From positions 4,083,185 through 4,131,383 of the forward strand of contig NW_024055654.1 of the NCBI RefSeq assembly GCF_902713615.1: DNA of 48,199 bases, written 5' to 3'. The position numbers were made by a program, and so were the translations under genes. A model generated the notes under the pieces. That model searched no databases, was not told the DNA's origin, and saw nothing but the letters and a program-made list of their open reading frames with translations. Of this stretch, positions 1-11,998 are shown piece by piece (the first letter of the stretch is position 1; every line of letters starts with the position of its first letter). The stretch is from Scyliorhinus canicula (lineage: Eukaryota).

Positions 1-101
1 TGATAATTCCCATTAATTGTTTCAATGACCGGTCTCTCAATTGTCCTACCCTCACCAGTAAGTTATCTACATATACATACAGGTCTCTCTGATAAAAGCA
101 A

Positions 102-285
102 ATTACTGCGGATGCTGGAATCAAAAACCAAAAGAGAAAATGCTGGAACATTTCAGCAGGTCTGGCAATTCTCACAGTAATTTCATTGAAAAATAAGCCT
201 ACTTGTGACAGTGAATATTATTATAGCATCTGTAAGGAGAGAAAAGAGCTAACGTTTCGAGTCCAGATGACCCTTTGTCAAAGCT
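102..285 (-). mobile_element. Penelope-like terminal fragment (family B), interrupted by a short SINE tail at ~167-224
   Basis: Homologous to the 3' end of the PLE relics in the tRNA units (e.g. 6295-6430). Confidence 0.55.
247..285 (-). ncRNA. Minimal hammerhead ribozyme motif, U3-A8 core variant
   Basis: AGCT TTGACAA A GGGTC-ATCTG-GACTC GAAA CGTT AGCT inside a Penelope-like terminal fragment. Confidence 0.55.
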
Positions 286-669
286 CCCTCCGATCCTGAA
301 TTATTCGTTTTATGTTATTTTGCCTTTCTGCATTCTGCAGGACATTTGAATTATTTCACATTTTTCTGCACTAAATTTAATCTGCCAATTTCCCGCCCAT
401 TCCACAAACTTGTCTTTGTTGTTTTGAAGTTGTACATTATCCGACCGATGGTTCGCAATGTTGTCATATTTCATATCATCCATAGATATCGATAAAATCG
501 ATAAAATCGCCCCTCTCAGACAATATAAAATGCTGCAATGCTGATCCCTGCAACATTCACTACAAATCTCCCTTCACTCCGAAAAACAGCTGGTCCACGC
601 TGTTAGTTGTTTCCTGGAAATTTCCTTTCGATCTTGCTGCTGCCCATTTTACTTCAGGAGCTCCATTAT

Positions 670-688
670 TGCTCACAAGGTGGCGCTG
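670..688 (+). promoter_or_regulatory. CTCF-like motif
   Basis: TGCTCACAAGGTGGCGCTG, preceded at 5 bp by GGAGCTCC. Confidence 0.5.
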
Positions 689-1202
689 CAGCACATTATC
701 AAATTTTATTTCGAAGTTCATCAACAGAAATACTCAGACCAACCATCTCTGCTCCTCATCAGAAAATTTAAGCAACTTAATTAATCACGATTTGCCCTTA
801 ATAAATCCTCGCACGGCTTAATTTATCAACAAAGCATTTCCACTGATGTGCCAGTTCATCACTTTCGCTGGTGGTCCCAACATTTAAATTGCAGCTAATT
901 GCAGATTAGTGTAGGTTAAAGGCAGCTAAATGGCAAAGTGCGTCAATTGCTGTTAATTTATTTTTCTGATTGCCTTAGTTGAACAGAGGAATGTGCAGCT
1001 ATGGGAACCACATGTTGAAATTTGAGCAATTGAATGGACCTAATAACCTAAACCTGAAGTGAAATTAATCAAACTTAAAATCCTGATTAATTATTTCCAT
1101 TGGTTGAAAAGGAAATAAACATTTGCTACTCTGTATTAATTTCGACTCCACATCATCCCTTCTTAACACTTTAGCTTCATTTCACGACAATAATCATTAT
1201 CA

Positions 1203-1553
1203 GGGGCAGCATGGTAGCATGGTGGTTAGCATAAATGCTTCACAGCTCCAGGGTCCCAGGTTCGGTTCCCGGCTGGGTCACTGTCTGTGCGGAGTCTGCA
1301 TGTCCTCCCCGTGTGTGCGTGGGTTTCCTCCGGGTGCTCCGGTTTCCTCCCACAGTCCAAAGATGTGCGGGTTAGGTGGATTGGCCATGCTAAATTGCCC
1401 GTAGTGTCCTAAACGTATGGTTAAGGGGAGGAGTTGTTGGGTTACGGGTATAGGGTGGATACGTGGGTTTGAGTAGGGTGATCATTGCTCGGCACAACAT
1501 CGAGGTATACACCCAGAAGGGCCTGTTCTGTGCTGTACTGTTCTATCTATCTA
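1203..1553 (+). mobile_element. Full-length shark tRNA-derived SINE (HE1-like)
   Basis: A/B-box head GGGGCAGCATGGTAGCATGGTGG...GGTTCGGTTCCC, body, TTCTA-type tail; paralogues at 13112, 21775, 28744. Confidence 0.85.
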
Positions 1554-1670
1554 GTGTCACAGTAGGCCGACATTAACACTGCAATGAAGGTACTGTGAAA
1601 CGCCTCTAGTCATCATACTCCGGCGCCTGTTCGGGCACACAGAGGGAGAATTCAGAATGTCCAATTTACA
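1554..1670 (-). mobile_element. SINE 3' fragment (second subfamily)
   Basis: Matches 41255-41365. Confidence 0.65.
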
Positions 1671-2690
1671 GACAGAATGAGAAGAATTTGACGGGTCTCC
1701 TTTGACACATAGAATCCCTGAGACTTTCTGCATCAAAACAACAGTGGGATTTCAATGAGTTGCCTGTGAACATTGGCGCTGTCCGCGTGAACTACACTTC
1801 CTGGCCGCCCATGGAAATAGTCTTCTTGTGCTGTCAACAAGTTTGCCTGAAATGCGATCCAAGACCTCGGGAATGGGTGTAGCATCTATCCTTTCCTCAC
1901 CGGCCTCATTCACATCACGGATACACCCAGAATGTGCTTGTCTGCAAAATATAAACCCATCCATTCAAACCTTTTCTCCAAAAGAGTCCTCTGTGTAGTC
2001 GTTTTTATAAATCGATCCTCATGGTTAATGAAAAATACACCCCAGGATTACTATCTAACACATTACCACACTGACAACCTTAGGGAATTCCATTTTAGAA
2101 AGCTCACTCTGAAACGTCCAAGGATTCTGATAGTGTCTCTGATGGCATTTCTCTTTTGTGTTTCTATGGCTGTGTTAATCTGGTTCCTTATCTACTTTAG
2201 TGGTTGTCTGTGCGTCTGTTTGAGAGATCAGTTTGGGGATCTATAACTGTGTTTATTTATCAGCATGTCTATGTTTGTGTTGATTTTGTGCTGTAAACGA
2301 GGCTCCTGCTGAACACGGGAGGTGGACCTATTCACTTACTTTCACCGTTGACAATTCAGACTAGCATGTAATCGAAAATCATGTCAACACTTGTTGGAAT
2401 TTATTTCAGTGTCTGTGCATGTCTGTATGGATGTTTTACGTCCATGTCTTTGCATGTGGCCGTGTGTTTCCAATGGGCGGTTGTTCTGTCCACAGGAGGG
2501 CGCTCTCTGATCACTTATCAAACATCACCGACCAGTTCCAGAGGAAGCGACTGTTTTAAGACGTGAAAGTGGGCGGAGCGAAGAAATCGGATTCGAACTC
2601 ATAACATCTCCAGAACTTTTTCATCTTCTCCAATTGCAGCTCTGATACAGTCAGTGAAAACTGTCTGTTTCTGGAGTTCAGACACGAACC

Positions 2691-3173
2691 ATGGGGCTGT
2701 CACGCTGCCTGTCTCTGGTTATTGTCCTGACCACAGGTTTGTTATATTGAACCGCTGTTCGAAATCCCCCAATTCCCAAATGTATTCTTATTTCCATGTC
2801 CTGGTATTCCTCCTCCTGACGTTCCTCCTTCTAACCCGCTTTGTGTCTGTTGTTTATTTTCAGGGATGAGTAAGGGAGACTCAGTGTCTCAGGAAGAACA
2901 ACGAGTCGATGCAGAAGTGGGTGAAGATTCAGCCATACCCTGCAGTTACTCGGTATCGAGTTCAGTTACAAGCTATTACCTCTTCTGGTATCGCCAGTAT
3001 CCACACCAAGCTCCCCAGTATCTGCTCAGAACCGACAGATATGGGTTTAACGAGACGGCTCCCGGCTTTGAACACTTCAGCGGGAAACTCAACCCGACAC
3101 AAAGCACTTTTCACTTGTCTGTGACAGATTTGAAGATGACAGACAGCGCCGTGTATTACTGCGCGCTGAGACC
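2691..3173 (+). CDS. TRAV: TCR alpha/delta-type V gene V1, open (leader exon 2691-2736, V exon 2864-3173)
   Basis: Leader MGLSRCLSLVIVLTT, phase-1 GT..AG intron, V exon in frame: ...AIPCSYS...LFWYRQYP...DSAVYYCALR, then RSS. TRAV versus TRDV cannot be resolved from sequence alone. Confidence 0.9.
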
Positions 3174-3212
3174 CACAGTGGATGAGGGGCCGGCGGGGCT
3201 CATACAAAAAGT
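3174..3212 (+). other. 23-RSS of V1
   Basis: CACAGTG + 23 nt + ACAAAAAGT. Confidence 0.93.
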
Positions 3213-4060
3213 GGAGCAGGTCGACAATCAAGGGCTCGGTATCAGGAATTCCCATAGACAATGTTCAGATAATGAACACCATTTGAATGGTTCTCTACCC
3301 CCCCCCCCCCCTCCCCCCCCGAGTTCAATGATTGTCGCTGTTGGAAAATGTATCATGTTTCTAACTCCAGGATCAGATTCCATAATTTTCCGACCTCATT
3401 CGCACAAACCTGCAAGTCTCCCGGGTGAACAACTGAATATATCTGTAACTTTAAACGTTCTAGATCAGATGACAACAGATCAGGCGGCACCTCTTAAAAG
3501 TGATCTAATTTCAGAGATGTCACATTCTAAATTCCCTAGGGCAGAAATAAATACTGACTGAAATCAGTACTTTACCGGTGCAAGAGACCCCAGTGGAAAT
3601 GCATCTTGGTGTGGAATTGGGTGACTGTTTATCCCGGGAACCTTTAAATCAATAATTATGCATTATATTTCATGCACTGGATGGCACTTGACTGATTATA
3701 AGATATTTATTTAACCTTTCACCATAATTAGAGTAAAATATCTACGTCAGGAAGGTTGTAAACACTGAGATCGAAGCAAAACGATTTAAACGGAGAAAGA
3801 AGCAGAATGGCTGACAATGTGACGTAGAGAAAGTGAGGAAGAAAGACCAAAACACACAGTCAGGGCTGGAATGTGATTGGAGAGAACCAGCCGCAATCAT
3901 TCCCCAGCTGACAGTGATTGGTCCACAGCTGACGTTAGAGCTGAGAGACCGGCCAATCGCAGCACTGAGAGACGCCTCTCAGTTTCATAGGAATTGATAT
4001 TAGGCTCGACGCAGCAACATATTTGAAACAGTGCCGCTGTTTACTGTCCCGTCAAGAACC

Positions 4061-4498
4061 ATGTGCTCCCTGTGTGCTTTACTGATAATAATGGTCTTGC
4101 TGTCCGGTGAGTCTGAGCTCAAATCCTCAGTCTATGTTTCATGGGTTTTATTTACTCCCAGATTTCTGACATATTGTATATGTTGTTACAGGAACCAATG
4201 GCCAAGATTCAGTTTCCCAGGACCCACCTGAATTACCGGTTCAGGAAGGACAGACGGCAACATTGAATTGCAGTTACAAAGCAGATGTCACTGGCAAGAC
4301 TCTCTTCTGGTACATCCAGTATTCCGGCGAAGCTCCGAGATATCTACTGAAGAAATATAGCACGGGGACTGGAGAAAGGTCTTCCGATTTCCCAGGCCGG
4401 TTTTCTGCTGATTTGGACAAGAATAGGAAAACAGTTCCTTTAAATATCACCAGGGTCGGTGTCTCTGACTCTGCCGTGTACCTCTGTGCTCTGAGCCC
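4061..4498 (+). CDS. TRAV: TCR alpha/delta-type V gene V2, open (exons 4061-4106, 4192-4498)
   Basis: Leader MCSLCALLIIMVLLS, GTGAG donor, CAG acceptor, in frame ...TLNCSY...LFWYIQY...DSAVYLCALSP. Confidence 0.9.
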
Positions 4499-4538
4499 CA
4501 CACTGTTACACAGACACAGTCAGCTCGTAACAAAAACC
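4499..4538 (+). other. RSS of V2 (24-nt spacer)
   Basis: CACACTG + 24 nt + ACAAAAACC. Confidence 0.85.
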
Positions 4539-4851
4539 GGCAAGGCACTCCCGCCTCCTCACACTGAATCCGATCTGAGACCTGGATTGTGAACTGTTAG
4601 TACAAACAAAACTATATGAGAACTGATAGCTTGCCCAGATGATCTCCTTCTATGGTGCTGAATGTTGTTCATTCTGTGTAAAATCCCGATTTACGGAACT
4701 TTTCCTGGTCCGAGCTGAGCTCTAAATGGGGAACTCTGGTTCCGTTATGTGAAAAAATGAAATGTTACCAACCCGTGCCCCACCATAAATATTAACCCCG
4801 ATAAAGAACCAACATTTGATTTAATGCCTGTTAGGAACTTAGTTTTTTTTA

Positions 4852-4987
4852 TAATAAATTTAGTGTACCCAATTATTTTTTTTTCAATTGAGGGGCAATT
4901 TAGCGTGGCCAATCCACCTAGCCTGCACATCTTTGGTTTGTGGGGGTGAAACCCACGCAAACACGGGGAGAATGTGCAAACTCCACA
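4852..4987 (-). mobile_element. SINE fragment
   Basis: SINE body in reverse, abuts the tRNA-Val fragment. Confidence 0.75.
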
Positions 4988-4989
4988 TT

Positions 4990-5020
4990 GCGAATGTGAT
5001 AACCACTACACTACAGAAAC
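4990..5020 (-). pseudogene. tRNA-Val 5' fragment truncated by SINE
   Basis: GTTTCTGTAGTGTAGTGGTTATCACATTCGC on minus strand. Confidence 0.8.
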
Positions 5021-6697
5021 AGCTGGCAGCGCAGACTCCAACGGACCTGTGTCTTCTTCAACTCAACTGCCTTGTTGCAGCTTCGCATGGTTCGGCTGAG
5101 AGGCCATGTCACTTCTCACAAGAACACGTCTGTTTCTTTAAAACAGATGTCTAAACTTACAAGCCAATAGAAGAAGCTATATTGAACTGAAGAATTTGTT
5201 CAGCAAATCTCTAACGGCGAAATGCTCTCTTCTATTATTAATGCAGCATTCTGAAATCCTACAGAAAAAAGCAACCGACTTTACACAATATTTGTTTCGT
5301 TATTCAATGCTTGAGTTGAGTTTAAGAACTGACAATTATGTGTTTCTTATATTTGACCTCTTTGCGTTTTGGTGTGTAAAATGCTGCAGCCTAAATACCG
5401 TTCATGTATAAGAAAGGAGGGGTAATTCTAAATCAACATTGAGCCTGGATTCCCACACTGGCTTTTCCTGTTTCTCCATCAGGAAAACCGATTTTTCTTT
5501 CCCAAAGCTGGTTCAGTTAAGTCTCTGGCATTTCCTCTAAGTCAGTTACAGTATCGTTTGTGTCTGTCCTTTTGAGTACACATTACTTTCAGACATCCTT
5601 CAATCTGGCCTGTTGCATTTGCTGATCCCAATGCATTGGAGAGACGAAATGCCGACCGGGTGACCACTTTGCAAAACACCTTCGCTCCATCGACAAGCTG
5701 GTGGCAGACTCTCCTGTCGCTTGGTATTTGAACTCACTCTCCTGCTCTCATGTCCACATGTCCGATCTTGGCCTGCTGCAATGTTCCCATGTAGCTCAGC
5801 ACAACGCCGAGGAAGAGCACCCCATCCTCCGAATAGGCACGGTACAGCCTTGCGGGTTTTACAGTAGGCTCAACAACTTCGCACCGTGAAATCACTCTTT
5901 CCACTTCACCACATGTTTATTTCCATCAACTTATTTTCATTGCTTCCATTGATATGTCTTCCTCTCCCATTGTCTCCCCCTCCCCATTCCCCTAGCCAAT
6001 CGCATCCCTCTTGGGAAATCCGCCCCTTGTTCCTCGTTGTCATCTGCCATTAACACATTCTAATCTTCTAATCGCCTCTGTCAGCACAGTTCTTAACACT
6101 GATTAGAAACATTTACATTCCCTTTTTCTTTCGACCCAACACATTTTTGTTATTCTCCACCCATCGCTGGCCGTCTGTCGAGGCCCAATGCTTCACGCTC
6201 CCCTCTCCCCCCACCCACCCCCACATCCCCCACACACCCCCCACATCCCCCACACACTCCGCCAGTCAACACCTGACCAAAGATCCAGTTGTCCAGCTTC
6301 GACAAAGAGTCACCCAGACTCGAAACGACACTTGCCATCTCTCTCCACAGAGGCTGTCAGACCTGATGAGACTGTCCTGTGTTTTCTGTTTTTCTTTCCC
6401 ATTGACGCATAAGCAGTGAGTTGCTTTTATCGTACATTTAGACATGTTTGAAATGGTGATTAAATATGTTCATCTGCATCTGTAAACCCAAAAAATTCTG
6501 TGGTGGATGAACAAACTGCTAATATCCGAATCGTGGCAAAATAGGGAAGGCTTTTCTTCCCCTGGCGTCTTGAATATTCCGTATTTCTGACTTTGTTGCA
6601 GGAATTTTAATATCTCAGGAGAGACCAAATCTCATGTTCCTCGAACGTGCGAGATTGAGGAAGAAAGGTATTTTGTGCAAACATTCGTCACACAAAA

Positions 6698-6770
6698 TGT
6701 TTCTGCATGGTTTCGAACTGGGGACCTTTCGCGTGGTAGGCGAATGTGATAACCACTTCACTACAGAAAC
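6698..6770 (-). pseudogene. tRNA-Val-body pseudogene with anticodon ACC
   Basis: Val AAC/CAC-type body, loop CT-ACC-AC, T-stem with three mismatches. Confidence 0.8.
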
Positions 6771-7099
6771 TGCTGGGAGCATCGCAATCAGTGGCCCTGT
6801 GCAATGTTGAACCTCAATGTACTGTTGCAGCTTCTAACGGTTCCGCTGAGAGGCCATGTAACTTATTGGAAGGAGCCGTTTCTTTAAAACTGATGTCTCA
6901 ACTTATTAAAGGATCAGATATTGAACTTTGCTGAACTGGAGATAAGTTATGTTTTGCTTGAAGTTAAATTGCGAGGGCAGGGCTTTCATAAGTAACCACA
7001 GCTGAAACGAGAATTGATGATGCCCTGATCACTTTGCTCTGCATCAGGAACCAGCTGTCCAACCCACTGAACTAAAGGGGACGCCAAAACTAGGAGCTG

Positions 7100-7159
7100 C
7101 GAGCTAGCCAAGAGTCGAACCTGGAATCTCCTGATTTGTATCCATTGCGCCACTGGTCA
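7100..7159 (-). pseudogene. tRNA-Arg-ACG pseudogene (anticodon arm partly deleted)
   Basis: Matches copies at 9356 and 29856 with ~13 nt missing. Confidence 0.8.
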
Positions 7160-7252
7160 CAGCGGTTATAGGCTTTTGCTATTCCTCGATGATGCAGAAC
7201 AGTTACGAGATTGAGGTAATATTTAGCGATAGACTAAACTGGAAACACCAGA

Positions 7253-7325
7253 TGTTTCTGCCCGGTTTCGAACGGGGGACCATTCGCGTGTAAAGCGAAT
7301 GTGATAACCACTACACTACAGAAAC
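7253..7325 (-). tRNA. tRNA-Val-TAC: tRNA-Val-TAC (one T-stem mismatch)
   Basis: 73-nt cloverleaf, loop TT-TAC-AC, GTTCGAAAC intact. Confidence 0.8.
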
Positions 7326-8953
7326 AGCTGGCAGCGCAGACTCCAACGGACCTGTGTCACCTTCAACTCAACTGCCTTGTTGCAGCTTCGCATGGTTCGG
7401 CTGAGAGGCCATGTCACTTCTCACAAGAACACCTCTATTTCTTTAAAACAGATGTCTAAACTTACAAGCCAGTAGAAGAACCTATATTGAACTGAAGAAT
7501 TTGTTCAGCAAATCTCTAACGGCGAAATGCTCTCTTCAATTATTAATGCAGCATTCTGAAATCCTACAGAAAAAAGCAACCGACTTTACACAATATTTGT
7601 TTCGTTATTCAATGCTTGAGTTGAGTTTAAGAATTGACAATTATGTGTTTCTTATATTTGACCGCTTTGTGTTTTGGTGTGTAAAATGCTGCAGCCTAAA
7701 TACCGTTCATGTAGAAGAAAGGAGGGGTAATTGTAAATCAACTTTGAGCCTGGATTCCCACACTGGCTTTTCCTGTTTCTCCATCAGGAAGACCGTTTTT
7801 TCTTTCCCAAAGCTGGTTCAGTTAAGTCTCTGGCATTTCCTCTAAGTCAGTTACAGTATCGTTTGTGTCTGTCCTTTTGAGTACACATTACTTTCAAACA
7901 TCCTTCAATCTGGCCCGCTGCATTTGCTGATCCCAATGCCATCTACTCTGCATTGGAGAGACTAAATGCCGACTGGGTGACCACTTTGCAAAACACCTTC
8001 GCTCCATCGACAAACTGGTGCCAGACTCTCCTGTCGCTTGCTATTTCAACTCACTGTCCTGCTCTCATGTCCACATGTCCGATCTTGGCCTGCTGCAATG
8101 TACCCATGTAGCTCAGCACAACGCCGAGGAACAGCCCCCATCCTCCGAATAGGCACGGTACAGCCTTGCGGATTTTACAGTAGGCTCAACAACTTCGCAC
8201 CGTGAAATCACTCTTCCCACTTCACCACATGTTTATTTCCATCAACTTATTTTCATTGCTTCCATTGATATGTCTTCCTCTCCCATTGGCTCCCCCTCCC
8301 CATTCCCCTAGCCAATCGCATCCGTCTTGGGAAATCCGCCCCTTGTTCCTCATTGTCCTCTGCCATGAACACATTCTAATCTTCTAATCGCCTCTATCAG
8401 CATCGTTCTTAACACTGATTAGAAACATTTACATTCCCTTTTTCTTTCAGCACAACACATTCTTGTTATTCTCCACCCATCGCTGGCCGTCTGTCGCTCT
8501 CCCCCCACGCACCGCCAATCTAAACCTAACCAAAGATCCAGTTGTCCGGCTTCGACAAAGAGTCACCCAGACTCGATACGATACTTGCCATCTCTCTCCA
8601 CAGAGGCTGTCAGACCTGCTGAGACTGTCCTGTGTTTTCTGTTTTTGTTCCCCATTGACGCATACGCAGTAAGTTGCTTTTATCGTACATTTAGACATGT
8701 TTGAAATAGTGATTAAATATGTTCATCTGCATCCGATAGATTCTGTGGTGGATGAACAAACTGCTGATATCCGAATTGTGGCAGAAATGGGGCTTTTCTT
8801 CCCCCGGCGTCTTGAAAATTCAGTATTTCTGACTTTGTTGCAGGAATTTTAATATCTCATGCGAGACCAAATCTCATGTTCCTCGAACGTGCAAGATTGA
8901 GGAAGAAACGTATTTAGTGCAAACATTCGTCACACAAAATCGGAAGCACGCCA

Positions 8954-9026
8954 TGTTTCTGCCCGGTTTCGATCCGGGGACCTTTCGCGTGTAAGGCGAA
9001 TGTGATAACCACTACACTACAGAAAC
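8954..9026 (-). tRNA. tRNA-Val-TAC: tRNA-Val-TAC (T54A)
   Basis: 73-nt cloverleaf, stems paired, loop CT-TAC-AC, T-loop ATCGAAA. Confidence 0.78.
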
Positions 9027-9355
9027 CGCTGAGAGTATCACAATCAGTGGCCCTGTGCAATGTTGAACTTCAATGTATTGTTGCAGCTTCCAATGGTTCC
9101 GCTGAGAGGCCATGTAACTTATTGGAAGAAGCCGTTTCTTTGAAACTGATGTCTCAACTCATCAAAGGATCATATATTGAACTTTGTTGAACTGGAGATA
9201 AGTTATGTTTTGCTTGAAGTTAAATTGAGAGGGCAGGGCTTTCATAAGTAACCACAGCTGAAACGAGAATTGATGATGCCCTGCTCACTTTGCTCTGCAT
9301 CGGGAACCAGCTGTTCAACCCACTGAACTGAAGGGGGCGCCAAAACTAGGAACTG

Positions 9356-9428
9356 CGAGCCGGCCAGGAGTCGAACCTGGAATCTCCTGATTCGTTGTCA
9401 GACGCGTTGTCCATTGCGCCACTGGCCC
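9356..9428 (-). tRNA. tRNA-Arg-ACG: tRNA-Arg-ACG, degenerate (U33A, acceptor mismatch)
   Basis: GGGCCAGTGGCGCAATGG...GTTCGACTCCTGGCCGGCTCG; TTTT about 10 nt downstream. Confidence 0.7.
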
Positions 9429-9522
9429 ACAGCAGTTACAGGCTTTTGTTATTCCTCGATGATGAAGACCAGTTACGAGATTGAGGTAATATTTTGCGAC
9501 AGACGAAACTGGAAACACCAGA

Positions 9523-9595
9523 TGTTTCTGCCCGGTTTCGAACCGGGGACCATTCGCGTGTAAAGCGAATGTGATAACCACTACACTACAAAAAC
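9523..9595 (-). tRNA. tRNA-Val-TAC: tRNA-Val-TAC
   Basis: 73-nt cloverleaf, perfect T-arm; acceptor begins GTTTTTG (internal T5). Confidence 0.78.
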
Positions 9596-9694
9596 AGCTG
9601 GCAGCGCACACTCCAACGGAGTGTCACCTTCAACCCAACTGCCTTGTTGCAGTTTCGCATGGTTCGGCTGAGAGGCCATGTCACTTCTTACAAG

Positions 9695-11931
9695 TGACCC
9701 CTCCGGAAGGCCGCTGCCCTAGACTCGACATGTATGCTCAAGCCGTCAGAAGTCGTGTCAATGCCAGATTCATCACTCGCAATCACAAGGCAGCCTCAAA
9801 CGTCACCCAAGCACAACGCAACGCCATCCGCACTCTCAAGACCAACCGCAACATCGTCATCAAACCAGCAGACAAAGGAGGGGCCACCGTCATACTGAAC
9901 AGAACAGACTACTACAAAGAAGTATACCGACAACTCGACAACCAGGAACACTACAGGCAGTTACCCGCAGATCCAACCAAGGAACACATCCGCCAACTCA
10001 GCAGACTGATCAAGACCTTAGATCCAGACCTTCAGAACACCCTACGTGCTCTCATCCCACGTAATCCCCGCATTGGAGATCTCTACTGCCTCCCGAAAAT
10101 ACACAAGGCCAACACACCAGGCCGTCCTATCGTTTCAGGCAATGGGACCCTGTGTGAGAACCTCTCTGGCCACATCGAGGGCATCTTGAAACCCATCGTA
10201 CAAGGTACACCCAGCTTCTGTCGCGACACGACGGACTTCCTACAGAAACTCAGCACCCATGGACCAGTTGAACCAGGAACATTCCTCGTCACAATGGATG
10301 TCTCGGCACTCTACACCAGCATCCCCCATGACGACGGCATTGCTGCAACAGCCTCAGTCCTCAACACCGACAACTGCCAATCTCCAGACGCAATTCTGCA
10401 ACTCATCCGTTTCATTCTAGACCACAACGTCTTCACCTTCGACAACAAATTCTTCATCCAGACGCACGGAACAGCCATGGGGACCAAATTTGCACCTCAA
10501 TATGCCAACATCTTCATGCACAAGTTTGAACAGGACTTCCTCACCACACAGGACTTTCAACCGATGCTATACACCAGATACATCGATGACATTTTTTTCC
10601 TTTGGACCCACGGCGAGACATCACTGAAACGACTACACGATGACATCAATAAGTTCCATCCCACCATCAAACTCACCATGGACTATTCTCCAAATTCAGT
10701 TCCATTCTTGGACACACTCGTCTCCATCAAGGACGGTCACCTCAGCACCTCGCTTTACCGCAAGCCCACAGATAATCTCACGATGCTCCACTTCTCCAGC
10801 TTTCACCCGAAACACATTAAAGAAGCCATCCCCTATGGACAAGCCCTCCGTATACACAGGATCTGCTCAGACAAGGAGGAGCGCAACAGACACCTACAGA
10901 TGCTGAAAGATGCCCTCGTACGAACGGGATATGGCGCTCGACTCATTGATCGACAGTTCCACCGCGCCACAGCAAAAAACCGCACCGACCTCCTCAGAAG
11001 ACAAACACGGGACACCACTGACAGAGTACCCTTCGTCGTCCAGTACTTTCCTGGGGCGGAGAAACTACGACATCTTCTTCGCAGCCTCCAACACATCATC
11101 AGCGAGGATGGACATCTTGCCAAGGTCATCCCCACACCCCCACTACTGGCCTTCAAACAACCGCGCAACCTCAAACAAACCATTGTTTGCAGCAAATTAC
11201 CCAGCCTTCAGAACAGCAACCACAACACCACAAAACCCTGCCAGGGTAATCTCTGCAAGACATGCCAGATCATCGACATGGACACCACCATTACACGTGG
11301 AAACACCACCCACCAGGTACGCGGCGCATACTCGTGCGACTCGACCAATGTAGTCTACCTCATACGCTGCAGGAAAGGATGTCCCGAAGCGTGGTACATT
11401 GGCGAGACCATGCAGACACTGCGACAACGAATAAACGGGCATCGTGCGACTATCAACAGGCAGGACTGTTCCCTTCCAGTTGGGGAACACTTCAGCAGTC
11501 AAGGACATTCAGCCTCTGATCTCCGGGTCAGCATTCTACAAGGAGGCCTTCAGGAGACGCGACAACGCAAAATTGCTGAGCAAAAACTTATAGCTAAGTT
11601 CCGCACGCATGAATGCGGACTCAACCGGGATCTGGGATTCATGTCGCATTACATTCGGCCCCCACCAACAAGCCTGGACTTGCAGAGGCCTACCGACTGA
11701 ACTGGCTTGGGACAATTCACACCTCTTTAACCTGGAGTTACCTCTCTCTCTGCATCTTTGATGATTTGATTGCCTGCAGGTGCTCGCATTCCGGGGCATC
11801 TCTGACTGTGTCTATATAAACATTTCTGGAACAAGCCTTTCCATTCACCTGAAGAAGGAGCCGTGCTCCGAAAGCTCGTGTTTGAAACAAACCTGTTGGA
11901 CTTTAACCTGGTGTTGTAAGACTTCTTACTG
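9695..11931 (+). mobile_element. Penelope-like retroelement, 5'-truncated, open RT + GIY-YIG frame to 11700
   Basis: Motifs TMDVSALYTSIP, GTAMG, YTRYIDD, then VVYLIRC...WYIGET; no stops over ~2 kb; hammerhead in 3' UTR. Confidence 0.93.
11846..11880 (+). ncRNA. Minimal hammerhead ribozyme motif (Penelope 3' end)
   Basis: CAC CTGAAGA A GGAGC-CGT-GCTCC GAAA GCTC GTG. Confidence 0.7.
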
Positions 11932-11979
11932 GGCTTTGACAGTGCCATCGCATGACGTCATCACGCCCCTGCTTGAACA

Positions 11980-11998
11980 TGGCGCCCTCTGCTGCCGG
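11980..11998 (-). promoter_or_regulatory. CTCF-like motif, with full CRE TGACGTCA at 11953-11960
   Basis: CCGGCAGCAGAGGGCGCCA; same 19-mer at 43072-43090. Confidence 0.55.

Larger units (their letters stand above)
4990..9694. repeat. Tandem ~2.3-kb tRNA unit, two copies plus start of a third
   Basis: Equivalent Val ends at 5020, 7325, 9595 (periods 2305 and 2270). Unit = Val, flank, PLE relic, Val, flank, Arg. Confidence 0.92.

Noticed and set aside
1203-1275. SINE heads as tRNA genes (also 13112, 28744, 41548, 42569)
   Set aside because: A/B boxes are present but there is no cloverleaf, and they continue into SINE bodies.
3174-3561. 231-aa ORF as a complete protein
   Set aside because: It is read-through past the V1 RSS into a poly-C tract; only the V exon is coding.
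9571-9694. N-terminal part of the 709-aa ORF
   Set aside because: It starts inside an antisense tRNA-Val and unit flank; Penelope homology begins only at ~9695.
4990-9694. Recurrent short ORFs (MITTT..., MFSKSL..., MADSPV...) as a gene family
   Set aside because: They are translations of antisense tRNA, flanks and a decayed Penelope GIY-YIG tail, with frameshifts between copies.
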